From the NCBI GenBank assembly GCA_050258655.1, contig JBLMZF010000121.1:1-45271 (forward strand): 45,271 nt of DNA. Reading direction: 5' to 3'. Made by a program: the position numbers and the translations under genes. The notes under the pieces were generated by a model that was given only the letters and a program-made list of their open reading frames with translations, was not told the origin of the DNA and made no database searches. Numbering within the stretch: position 1 is the first letter of the stretch; each line of letters opens with the position of its first letter. This stretch comes from Deltaproteobacteria bacterium (GTDB taxonomy: Bacteria > Omnitrophota > Gorgyraeia > Gygaellales > Profunditerraquicolaceae). Of the stretch, positions 34,504 to 42,762 are shown one piece after another.

Positions 34504-34991
34504 TTCCCCCTCCTTTCCAAAGACAGGACGACGGAAGCGGCGGCATGGCTCGGGATGATCTTCCAGTAGGCCTGCAACAGGCGCGCCGTCTCCTCTTTTT
34601 CTTTGATGACAAAGCCGTGTTTGCGGTAAAAGGCGACTGCCCAATGCGCGGCTTCCCACGTCCCTACCAGGACCTGATTGCGCGCACGTTTGAGCAGATG
34701 CTTGAGCAATCTCCCTCCGACGCCTTTACCCTGTTCTGAGCCGGCGACGTAGGCGTGGCGTATCAGCGTCACCTTCTCCAGCTCCTGTATCCCCATCACG
34801 CCCTTGAGCTCGCCGCCCTGTTCAAAGCCCCAGAACACAACGCCCTCGCAGATCTCATGCCAGAGCTCATCAGCGGGCATGTACGGTTCTTTCCAGCATT
34901 CAGAAGGGATCACACCTTTGTAAACGGCGGCAGCATCATTGATGATCTCCAGCATCCGCTCGAGATCTTTGGAAGTGCATTTCCTGATCAT
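34500..34991 (-). CDS. GNAT family acetyltransferase
   Basis: IINDAAAVYKGVIP, LIRHAYV...QGKGVG..LL and AVAFYRKHGF. Confidence 0.88.
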   Translation of the reverse strand: MIRKCTSKDLERMLEIINDAAAVYKGVIPSECWKEPYMPADELWHEICEGVVFWGFEQGGELKGVMGIQELEKVTLIRHAYVAGSEQGKGVGGRLLKHLLKRARNQVLVGTWEAAHWAVAFYRKHGFVIKEKEETARLLQAYWKIIPSHAAASVVLSLERRGK

Positions 34992-35485
34992 TGCGGCGGG
35001 ATCTCCGATAAGGTCGGCACGAACCAGGTCAGAACAGTATAGTATTTCGTATCCACGAACACCCACAGTTGATGGTCTTTACCGCTTTGTGGCAGGAAAT
35101 GGACCGCGAGGAAATTCTTCCCCTGCAGTTTTTCCCACTGGTCCTTGTGCCTGAGCGTGAAATCGGGAGAATGGGAGGTGAACAGGTCCCAGCCGGCGTC
35201 ATCGATAGTGACCTTCATCGAGGCCGGGTCGAACCCAAGCTCCACTGCCTTGGCCCCCGCAGCCGCAACTGCCCGCGCCCGGAGCTCGGGGTCGGTAAGC
35301 GGCAAAAAAGGCCCGCTCTGAGCATCGGGTCCATAATCCGCCTGCCTCAGGTACGCGGTCCCCGTCTTATGCGCGAACGGGAGCCTGTCGATCCAGGCCT
35401 TTTTGAGATAAGCGCGGTTGGTGAAGACGATCGTCACCGCCAGCGCGCCCAGTACTATCAGTTTGATCTTGCGCATCATGCTCAT
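34988..35485 (-). CDS. Hypothetical membrane-anchored protein
   Basis: 165-aa ORF with an N-terminal hydrophobic helix; its stop overlaps the GNAT start. Confidence 0.6.
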   Translation of the reverse strand: MSMMRKIKLIVLGALAVTIVFTNRAYLKKAWIDRLPFAHKTGTAYLRQADYGPDAQSGPFLPLTDPELRARAVAAAGAKAVELGFDPASMKVTIDDAGWDLFTSHSPDFTLRHKDQWEKLQGKNFLAVHFLPQSGKDHQLWVFVDTKYYTVLTWFVPTLSEIPPQ

Positions 35486-35528
35486 TTCCCGTCGAGAAAC
35501 CGGTCAAAACAAAGTGGCATCAGGCACA

Positions 35529-35556
35529 TTGCCGCAGCCGGTACAGGCGATATAAT
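35529..35556 (+). promoter_or_regulatory. Sigma-70 promoter with no downstream CDS, facing the tandem structured element
   Basis: TTGCCG-N16-TATAAT (perfect -10); predicted start near 35563. Confidence 0.65.
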
Positions 35557-35570
35557 AAAATTGAGATTTG

Positions 35571-35800
35571 GGACAAGTCATGAGAGTACCTCTTCCGTCG
35601 AAGGGCGGAAAAAAAATAGGATGGGCTGTTCTAGACCCCGCATCATCCTATAAAGGTATAAAAAGCCCATGGCTTGTCCACACTAGGACAGGAGTATGAG
35701 AGTGCCTCTGCCTGCGGGCAGATAAAAAATGGGATGGGCGTTCTAGACAACATCCCTTCCCATAAAGGCACAAAAAGCCCATATTCCTGTCCTTTTTTTT
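35571..35800 (+). ncRNA. Candidate novel structured ncRNA: two tandem ~108-nt domains plus a U-tract
   Basis: Units 35571-35679 and 35686-35792 share the same four helices with compensatory changes. Wobble pairs read G-U on the plus strand. T8 follows unit 2. Confidence 0.7.
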
Positions 35801-35940
35801 CGCCACGTGGCGAACACCCTCGTATCCAAAGTTATTTTATCATAAAAAAGGGCGGGTTTAAATCAAATGAGGCCCGCGGCGCAGTGTAAGACCAAGCCCG
35901 GGCCGTGTCAGGTCCGGCTGGACAAGACCGTCGCGCGGGG

Positions 35941-36342
35941 TCACCGCCCCTTCGAACAAGAAGTTTTCCAGATGGGATTGCCCCGGCTCGTAGACAAGAT
36001 GACGGGCCATGGGGAGACAGGCACAGATAGATGCGTGAAGCGACGGCGCACCCTGGACGCCAAAGGAGATATGGGCCGCTGCGCAGCCATCGCACGGTCA
36101 CATAAGGCTGGATCCTGCGCATCCCGTAATGCTGCCATGGTTTTCCAGCAGTCTCCGGGCTCGAGGATGTCCCTTTCCAGAGGTGCCGGCGCCAGGCGGT
36201 CCCTTATAAAACGCGTTACGGGCTTGCCTCCGTACGTGTAGCCTAAACCCAGATCTCTTCCGTTACGAACGGTCACCATGACCATATCCGTTCCACCTTC
36301 ACACCGCACTTCGTTCACGGTGATTTCGTCGACCCTGATCAT
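35941..36342 (-). pseudogene. Probable remnant of a mandelate racemase/muconate lactonizing (enolase superfamily) gene
   Basis: VMVTVR.G..LGLGYTYG....I...LAP.......W..M matches the N-terminal capping domain. Similarity decays after about 90 aa and no barrel domain follows. Confidence 0.5.
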
Positions 36343-36439
36343 CCCGTCGTTCCTCCTTCTTCTCCCATTATTAACTTGATCGGAGCAGACAGGAATAGGT
36401 ATTTTCTGTTTTTTACTGATCTTGCTATGGGAAAAACTG

Positions 36440-37687
36440 TCAGGAACGGCGGGCGGAGAAGGTCAGAAAGGCGTCGAGCGCGGCGGGGAACGGCGAGAGC
36501 GTGCGGCGGATGACCCCCTGGAGCGCGGAGACACAGACACCGTAATTGGTTATCGGCACCTTCATTTCGCGGCACTTCCCGATGCGGTGAAGCATCTCCC
36601 TGCGGGTGAGCATGCAGCCCCCGCAGTGGATGACCAGCTTGTATTCACCGAGGTTTTCGGGGTAATCGCGGCCGGCACAGACGTCGACGGCGAGGTCGCA
36701 GCCGCAGTACTGCCTTAACCAGCGCGGGATCTTGACCCTGCCGATATCGTCCTCGATGGCGTGATGGCTGCAGGCCTCGGCGATAAGCACGCGGTCTTGC
36801 GCCTTCAGGCTGTCGATGGCGGCGGCACCGCGGGCGGCCTCGTTCAGATCGCCCTTGAAGCGTGAGAAAAGAACCGAGAAGGTCGTGCATTTGACGGAAG
36901 GCGGCGTATCGGCGGTCATCTTCAGCACCACCTGCGAATCGCACACGACGAGGTCAGGCGGCGCGTTCAGCCGGGCGAGCAGGGCGGGATATTCACGCTC
37001 CTTTACCACCATCACGGCGCTGTCGTTGTCCAGCGTCTCACGGATCGCCTGGACCTGTGGCAATATGAGGCGGCCTTTCGGCGCCTGAAGGTCAATAGGC
37101 ACGATAAAGACCGCCAGACCCCCGGAAGGCACCAGATCGCCGAGGAGCGGCGGCGGGTTCAGGAAACTGTCCGGACAGACATCGAGCAGATGTTTCTTGA
37201 GCGGGTTGATAGAGGCATCACGGCCCGCAAGATCAAGGCTGGAACACTGGATAAGGCGGCACGATATTTTTTCCAGGTTCTTGAGGAACTCCGGCGAAGG
37301 CCTCTTCAGGTCGGTCTTATTGACGACCAGGATGACCGGCGTCTCCCTCTTTTTCGCTTCAGCGGCGATCTCATCCTCGTACGCGCCCCAGGCGTCCGGC
37401 TCGAGCATCAGCACGATCACATCCGAACGGTCGAAGATCTTGCGTGTCTTCTTCAGGCGCAGTTCAGCCAGTACTGAGGTATCGTCGATGCCGGCGGTAT
37501 CGAGGAAGACCACCGGCCCCAGCGGCAGAAGCTCCATCGCCTTTTCCACCACATCGGTGGTGGTGCCGGGGACAGGCGAAGTGATGGCCACATCCTGGCC
37601 CGCGACCAGGTTCAGGAAGCTCGATTTCCCGACGTTGGTCCGTCCAAAAAGGCCTATCTGTAATCTGAGCGACTTAGGCGTCTTCAT
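36440..37687 (-). CDS. hydF: [FeFe]-hydrogenase maturation GTPase
   Basis: GRTNVGKSS, GTTTD, DTAG, NKTD, APKGRLILPQ, EACSHH and HCGGC. Confidence 0.96.
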   Translation of the reverse strand: MKTPKSLRLQIGLFGRTNVGKSSFLNLVAGQDVAITSPVPGTTTDVVEKAMELLPLGPVVFLDTAGIDDTSVLAELRLKKTRKIFDRSDVIVLMLEPDAWGAYEDEIAAEAKKRETPVILVVNKTDLKRPSPEFLKNLEKISCRLIQCSSLDLAGRDASINPLKKHLLDVCPDSFLNPPPLLGDLVPSGGLAVFIVPIDLQAPKGRLILPQVQAIRETLDNDSAVMVVKEREYPALLARLNAPPDLVVCDSQVVLKMTADTPPSVKCTTFSVLFSRFKGDLNEAARGAAAIDSLKAQDRVLIAEACSHHAIEDDIGRVKIPRWLRQYCGCDLAVDVCAGRDYPENLGEYKLVIHCGGCMLTRREMLHRIGKCREMKVPITNYGVCVSALQGVIRRTLSPFPAALDAFLTFSARRS

Positions 37688-37691
37688 AGAT

Positions 37692-37798
37692 ACGGGGACG
37701 TTCCCCGAAGGGACACCCCTGTTTTTGTAATTATCTGGTACTCAACTAGTTGAAAAATGGTTTTTTGCAAGGGGTGTCCCCTTTGGGAACGTCCCCGT
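37692..37798. repeat. 107-bp element with 29-bp terminal inverted repeats (REPIN/MITE-like) at the aspA-hydF junction
   Basis: The left arm ACGGGGACGTTCCCCGAAGGGACACCCCT matches the reverse complement of 37770-37798 at 26/29; the core is AT-rich. Confidence 0.75.
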
Positions 37799-39167
37799 TT
37801 TTATATCCGAGCGCAGTCAGGTATTCGGGCGAGAAGGCCTTGTCGACCGTTTCCTTGCCAAGCTTCCCCTCAAGAAAAATCCTCAGGTTGTCCTTCCCCG
37901 AAGCTTCGAAATCCTTGAGAAGCTCCTGGGCTTTCTTATATCCGACCACCGGAAGGAGCGCAGTGATCAGCATGGGGTCCTTTTCCAGATATTCCCTGCA
38001 GCGTGCCTCGTCGGCCTTTATTCCCTCGACATGAGTGGCTAGACGCGGGACGATGTTCAGCAGGATATCGATAGAGCCGAGCAGCGCGTCAGCCAATAGC
38101 GGGAGGAATTCGTTGATCTGAAGCGAAGCTCTTGATGCGGCTTCAGTCACCAACCCGTCGCGGGCGATCACCTCAAGCCCCGCCTGCATCGCGGCCTCGA
38201 GCATCACCGGGTTGACCTTGCCGGGCATGACCGACGAGCCGGCCTGGAGCGCCGGAAGCCTGATCTCTCCAAGCAGACTGAGAAGTCTCAGGTCATTGCT
38301 GATCTTTATCAGGTTCGAGGCGCATGCTTTCAGGATCCCCGACACCTCGACGAACGCGTCGGAGTTGGCGGTCTGGTCGACCATGTTCTCACCGCGCGCA
38401 AGACCGAAGCCGGTAAGTTCGCGGAGCTTGTCGCTGACCAGGAAGATGTAACTGCGGGGCGCGGTCAAACCCGTTCCGACTGCGGTTCCCCCAAGATTTA
38501 TCTGACGCAGGCGCTCCTCGCACTTAAAAGTCCGCCACCGGTCGCGGGCGAAAGCCTCGGCGAACGCTGAGAATTCCGCGCCAAGCGTCATCGGTACTGC
38601 CTCGCGCAACTCGGTCCTGCCGATCTTGACCACACGCGCGAATTCCTTTTCTTTCTTCTGAAAAGCTCCCTGGAGAACGGCAACAGCCTGGCTGAGCTCG
38701 CGGAACTTATAGATCGCGGCCACTTTGAGCGCGGTGGGATAAACGTCGTTGGTCGACTGGTTGAGGTTGACGTCCTCGATCGGGTCGACCGGCCGGCAAT
38801 CGCCTTTTTTCCCGCCGAGCAGCTCATTTGCGCGGTTGGCGATGACCTCGTTGAGATTCATGTTGGTGGAAGTCCCGGCCCCTCCCTGCAGCGCGTCAAC
38901 GGGGAACTGGTCCGCAAGTTTCCCCCCGATGATCTCGTCGCAGACCTGAATGATCGCGTCGGCTTTCTTCTTATCGATAAGCTCGAGCTCGGCGTTAGCA
39001 AGACAGCACGCCTTTTTGACTATAGCCATCCCCCGGATCAAAGCAGGGTTCATCTTGCGGCCGCTGATATTGAAATTCTGGACGGCACGCTGAGTGTGGA
39101 CGCCGTAGTAAGCGTCGGCTGGCACTTCTAACTCGCCTAACAGATCCTTCTCGATGCGCATCTTCAT
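37746..39167 (-). CDS. aspA: Aspartate ammonia-lyase
   Basis: RIEKDLLGE, YYGVHTQRA, QGGAGTSTNMN.NEVIAN, QSTNDVYPT and GSSVMPGKVNPV. Confidence 0.92.
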   Translation of the reverse strand: MKMRIEKDLLGELEVPADAYYGVHTQRAVQNFNISGRKMNPALIRGMAIVKKACCLANAELELIDKKKADAIIQVCDEIIGGKLADQFPVDALQGGAGTSTNMNLNEVIANRANELLGGKKGDCRPVDPIEDVNLNQSTNDVYPTALKVAAIYKFRELSQAVAVLQGAFQKKEKEFARVVKIGRTELREAVPMTLGAEFSAFAEAFARDRWRTFKCEERLRQINLGGTAVGTGLTAPRSYIFLVSDKLRELTGFGLARGENMVDQTANSDAFVEVSGILKACASNLIKISNDLRLLSLLGEIRLPALQAGSSVMPGKVNPVMLEAAMQAGLEVIARDGLVTEAASRASLQINEFLPLLADALLGSIDILLNIVPRLATHVEGIKADEARCREYLEKDPMLITALLPVVGYKKAQELLKDFEASGKDNLRIFLEGKLGKETVDKAFSPEYLTALGYKNGDVPKGDTPCKKPFFN

Positions 39168-39190
39168 AGATGTCCCTTTTAACCACCGTC

Positions 39191-40696
39191 TTAAAAGCTT
39201 AGATCCCTGTCGCCGCGCTTGATACGCTCCCAGTACTCAAGGGTCTGTTCGAGAAGGTGAGGCGTGAAATCCCGCGGCACCCTGCTCCGGACCTCCTCGA
39301 GCTCCTTCTGTATGATCGCCGCGCCGATCTCCTGTGTCTGCGGACTGGCAAAATCGCAGAGCCATTCCTGGAACGTGAGGATGGCGTTGAGCTTGCAGAA
39401 GCATCCTTCCTTCCCTGTCTTGAGCAGGGTCATGATGTTCTTGCCGGTCCGGCCGCAGCGGTAACCCGCCGTGCAGAACGAAGTGATGTAATCCATGGAG
39501 GCCAGTTCCCGTATCACTTCATCGAGCGAACGGTCGTCACCCAGGATGAACTGCTGGCGCGCCTCCTCCTGACCATTTTTGCTTTCAGCATATGCCCCGA
39601 TACCAAGGCGGGTCGAAGCGTCCCTCTGCGTGCACATCGGCAGCACCGAACGGATCATCGACGGTGTTTCCCGGCAGGTGACGATCAGCCCGGCGTACGG
39701 GATGGAAAGGCGCAGGACGGCGATAACCTTCCTGAAATCTTCGTCAGAAACGCGGTGGGGTGATCTTTCCACGGTGAATTCCGCGTTCGAAGCGGGTTCG
39801 AGGCGCGGAACGGATACGGTATGCGGCCCGAGGCCGAACCGCTTCTCCAGGTCGCGCGCGTGGCAGAGCATGCCCATCACCTCGAACTTCCAGTCATACA
39901 GGCCGAACAGCGCACCGATGGCCACATCGTCGATCCCGGCTTCCATCGCCCGGTGAAGGCTGTAGAGACGCCACTTGAAATCCGATTTAAGCGTGCCGTA
40001 CGGATGAAGCCGGGCGTAGGTGGCATGGTGGTAGGTCTCCTGGAAGACCTGGTAGGTCCCGATCCCCGCTTCCTTGACCTTGCGGAAATCAGCGATATCC
40101 ATCGGCGCGGCGTTGACGTTGACCCGGCGGATCTGCCCCTCCCCTGAACGGGCCCTGACCTTCACGCCGTAGATGGTCTTCATCGCGTCGCAGATATAAT
40201 CCGCTCCGGACGAAGGATGCTCTCCGCAGACGAGGATAAGACGCTTGTGGCCTATATCGCCGCAGAGTATCCTCGTCTCCTCCTCGATCTCCTTCAGCGA
40301 GAGACGACGCCGCTTCATCCTGTCGTTCTCTGAACGGAAACCGCAATACGCGCAGTTATTGACGCAAAGGCTGCTGACATAAAGGGGAGCGAAGGTGACC
40401 ACGCGGTTATCGTAGACCCTGTTCTTGATCTTAGCCGCGGCGTCAAAGACCTCTTGCCACAGCCCTTCATCCTTGAGATTAAGCAGACAGGCGGCCTCCG
40501 CCGGCAGAAGCGTCTCGACAGAGAGCGCCTTGGCGATTATCTCCCTGATCCGGGCGGGATCAGGATGCGCCTGTTTGAGCTGTTCCTCGATCAGGCGGTC
40601 ATCGATGAAATCCCTGCCGCCTTCCAGGTAACGCGCTGCCTCCTGCGGCTTGATGACGCCTTCCTGCCACGTTTTTTCACATTCAGTGAGTTTCAT
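39191..40696 (-). CDS. hydG: [FeFe]-hydrogenase maturation radical SAM enzyme
   Basis: FAPLY, CVNNCAYC, GQIRRVNVN, FQETYH, GPHTVSVPR and a C-terminal auxiliary cluster motif CX5CX19C. Confidence 0.95.
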   Translation of the reverse strand: MKLTECEKTWQEGVIKPQEAARYLEGGRDFIDDRLIEEQLKQAHPDPARIREIIAKALSVETLLPAEAACLLNLKDEGLWQEVFDAAAKIKNRVYDNRVVTFAPLYVSSLCVNNCAYCGFRSENDRMKRRRLSLKEIEEETRILCGDIGHKRLILVCGEHPSSGADYICDAMKTIYGVKVRARSGEGQIRRVNVNAAPMDIADFRKVKEAGIGTYQVFQETYHHATYARLHPYGTLKSDFKWRLYSLHRAMEAGIDDVAIGALFGLYDWKFEVMGMLCHARDLEKRFGLGPHTVSVPRLEPASNAEFTVERSPHRVSDEDFRKVIAVLRLSIPYAGLIVTCRETPSMIRSVLPMCTQRDASTRLGIGAYAESKNGQEEARQQFILGDDRSLDEVIRELASMDYITSFCTAGYRCGRTGKNIMTLLKTGKEGCFCKLNAILTFQEWLCDFASPQTQEIGAAIIQKELEEVRSRVPRDFTPHLLEQTLEYWERIKRGDRDLSF

Positions 40697-40704
40697 AGTG
40701 ATCT

Positions 40705-40953
40705 TTAGACTTTGGCGAGGGCGGTCTTGACGGTGACGTTCTTGATCTGGCCGAGCTTGCCGGTCAACGCGCCGATCTGGTCGTTCGTGCCGTCGACGAT
40801 CAGGGTGATGATGTTCACCCCGCGCTTCTCATAGGGGAAGCCCATCCTGCCGACGATGATGCTGCCGAACTGGGTGAGGATGTCGTTGACCTGCGGCGCG
40901 ACCTGCTCTCGCTGTCTCACTATCGTCACTACCACGCCGATCTGTTTATCCAT
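40705..40953 (-). CDS. TM1266-family iron-only hydrogenase system putative regulator (ACT-like)
   Basis: 82 aa from ATG 40953; VNDIL..FG.IIVGRMG.PY and IGALTGKLGQI..V.VKTA. Confidence 0.88.
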   Translation of the reverse strand: MDKQIGVVVTIVRQREQVAPQVNDILTQFGSIIVGRMGFPYEKRGVNIITLIVDGTNDQIGALTGKLGQIKNVTVKTALAKV

Positions 40954-40965
40954 GCGTTCTCCCAT

Positions 40966-41055
40966 AAAAACAAAAAACCCTGACCGGGGATCCAAGTCAG
41001 GGAATATGTACTGGCTCTTCATTCCCCTTGGCTTCAGAATGACTCCTCTACCTCA
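40966..41055 (-). promoter_or_regulatory. Attenuator-like leader of the hyd maturation operon
   Basis: Terminator CCCTGAC...GTCAGGG-TTTTTTGTTTTT lies before the first gene. Competing pairings TCATTCT/GGAATGA and GGGGAATG/TATTCCCT are present. Confidence 0.6.
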
Positions 41056-41064
41056 GGCAAAAAT

Positions 41065-41093
41065 ATAGTACCACCCGCACCGCGTCCAGGCAA
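41065..41093 (-). promoter_or_regulatory. Sigma-70 promoter of the hyd maturation operon
   Basis: TTGCCT-N17-TACTAT with an extended -10 TG. Confidence 0.6.
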
Positions 41094-41106
41094 GGGAAAT
41101 AACGCT

Positions 41107-42237
41107 TTAATCCTTGTCGCGGCCGCTTTTCTTTCCTTCCGCTTTCTCAGGCTTGGCCTGTTTTTCGTGCCCCCCTCCTTCGGGAGCGTGGGCAGAGGGA
41201 GTTGTAACCCGTTCCGGAGACGACGATCGCTCGTGAGAGTCCGAAGGCCGCCGCTCAGGCGGATCCGCATGCCGCTGCTCAGGAGAGTCCGCGTGCCGCT
41301 GTTCCGGGACACTCGCCTCCGGCTCGCCGGGGAGGTTTTTCTCCCTTTTTTCTCCTTCTTTTTCTCTGACAGCCTTTTTCCCATGTCCCCTGCGGGAGAA
41401 TTTCTCATTTTCAGGATAGGCAGGATCGCTTTCGACCATACGGGATCCGGGCGCATCGCGCTCAAGATTATACGAACTTGGCGAAGGGCTGGAAGCAGGA
41501 GCTGCCGGTGCTGCGGCAGGAGTCACAGGAGCTGCGGCAGGAGTCACAGGGGCTGCGGCAGGAGTCACAGGAGCTGCAACAGGAGTTGCCGGAACTGCGG
41601 CAGGGATCCGGCCCGGGGATCCCGCAGGACCGGGCGGCGCTGCCGCGGGAACAGATGCGGGGACAGACGCAGGCGTTGTTTCGCCGGCGGGGACTCCGGT
41701 ACTTCCCCCGGCAAGCGGCAGAGCCGGCACAGGAACCGGACCTCCGGCGCCCGGAACGGACGGCTGCGTATTTCGTCCCTTCTGTGGATTTCCGCGGGGA
41801 CCAATAGGGAAGCTCCCGCGCGGAACGCCTCGCCAGCGGAGAGCGGTCACAAAATCATTGTTGCTCTCGTCGGATTCAACCACCTCCTGCTTATCGTCTA
41901 CCACGGCTATCACGCTGTAGACACCCGCTTCCCATCCGCCCGCGTCCTCAAATCCGCAGGGTATGACCACGCTTTTACCCGCTCCGATAGACGGGACGTG
42001 CGCTGATCTCTCTTTGACGCTGTTTGCCGCTCCATGGCAAAAGAGCCTGAGACTGCAGGCGCCGCTGGGACCGGTGCCTGCATTGGCTATTGTGACATTC
42101 AGGACCGTCTTTCCGTGAGGAGAGGAAGAAGAAGGCAGGACAGAACTGATCTTCAGATCGGATAATCCCTCGCTCCTGGCAAGAGAAAAAGGAAGGAAAA
42201 AAAACCAGAAAAACAGCATGAAACGGGCAAAACGCAT
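41107..42237 (-). CDS. Secreted CARDB (Ig-like) domain protein with a long low-complexity tail
   Basis: Signal peptide; SDLKIS, VTIANAGTGPS and AVVDDKQEVVESDESNND; then Pro/Ala-rich and charged repeats. Confidence 0.75.
   Translation of the reverse strand: MRFARFMLFFWFFFLPFSLARSEGLSDLKISSVLPSSSSPHGKTVLNVTIANAGTGPSGACSLRLFCHGAANSVKERSAHVPSIGAGKSVVIPCGFEDAGGWEAGVYSVIAVVDDKQEVVESDESNNDFVTALRWRGVPRGSFPIGPRGNPQKGRNTQPSVPGAGGPVPVPALPLAGGSTGVPAGETTPASVPASVPAAAPPGPAGSPGRIPAAVPATPVAAPVTPAAAPVTPAAAPVTPAAAPAAPASSPSPSSYNLERDAPGSRMVESDPAYPENEKFSRRGHGKKAVREKEGEKREKNLPGEPEASVPEQRHADSPEQRHADPPERRPSDSHERSSSPERVTTPSAHAPEGGGHEKQAKPEKAEGKKSGRDKD
41510..41577. repeat. 21-bp tandem repeat x3 (PVTPAAA) within the CARDB gene
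   Basis: GCTGCGGCAGGAGTCACAGG(A/G) three times. Confidence 0.9.
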
Positions 42238-42261
42238 TTCTCGGCTCCTGCTTTCATTATA

Positions 42262-42759
42262 TCACCGATAATTGGTGAACGAAAGCGGGAGCGGGAAATC
42301 AACGCCTCTCAGGTGCGAGATAACCGCCTGCAGGTCGTCCTTCTTGGGGCCGGACACCTTGATCTTCTCACCCTCGATAGACGCCTGGACCTTCAATCCC
42401 AGGTCCTTGATGATCTTCACCAGGTCCCTGGCCTTCTCCTTGTCTATGCCCGTGGCAATGTCGATCTTCTGGCGCAGCGTCCCCTCGAACGCTTTTTCCG
42501 GCTCGCCGTACTTCAGGGATTTGAGCGATACTCCGCGCTTGGCCATCTTGGTGGAGAGCACGTCGCGCAGGGAACGCAGTTTGAAATCATCGTCGCCGAT
42601 CAGCGTTATCTTCTTCTCCTCCCTGTTGAGCTCGATCGTGGACTTGCTCCCCTTGAAATCATACCGGTTGGCGATCTCTTTCTTCGCCTGGTTGACGGCG
42701 TTATCCACTTCCTGCATGTCAACTTCAGAAACGATGTCGAACGACGGGTTGGCTGCCAT
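42262..42759 (-). CDS. yajQ: YajQ family nucleotide-binding protein
   Basis: PSFDIVSEVDMQEVDNAVNQA..EI.NRYDFKGS, KVQASIEGEKIKVSG.KKDDLQ and FTNYR. Confidence 0.95.
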   Translation of the reverse strand: MAANPSFDIVSEVDMQEVDNAVNQAKKEIANRYDFKGSKSTIELNREEKKITLIGDDDFKLRSLRDVLSTKMAKRGVSLKSLKYGEPEKAFEGTLRQKIDIATGIDKEKARDLVKIIKDLGLKVQASIEGEKIKVSGPKKDDLQAVISHLRGVDFPLPLSFTNYR

Positions 42760-42762
42760 GGA

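Noticed and set aside
35504-35581. 25-aa minus-strand ORF MTCPKSQFYYIACTGCGNVPDATLF with a GAGG RBS and CxxC
   Set aside because: It is too short to support and overlaps the plus-strand promoter and the first helix of the RNA element. It cannot be excluded without ribosome profiling.
35571-35792. Tandem element as a ykkC/guanidine-I riboswitch, tRNA, CRISPR or minus-strand attenuator
   Set aside because: Only TTCTAG and AAAAGCCC resemble ykkC, and its other conserved blocks are missing. There is no D or anticodon arm, and only two long units without spacers or cas genes. On the minus strand the wobble pairs become A-C mismatches.
41000-41080. T-box (Tyr) leader for hydG suggested by GGTGGTAC and an AGTAC segment
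   Set aside because: GGTGGTAC is part of the extended -10 box, lacks the following CGCG and lies upstream of the leader. The leader is too short for Stem I.
41510-41577. 21-bp repeats as a CRISPR array
   Set aside because: They are contiguous in-frame coding repeats with no spacers.
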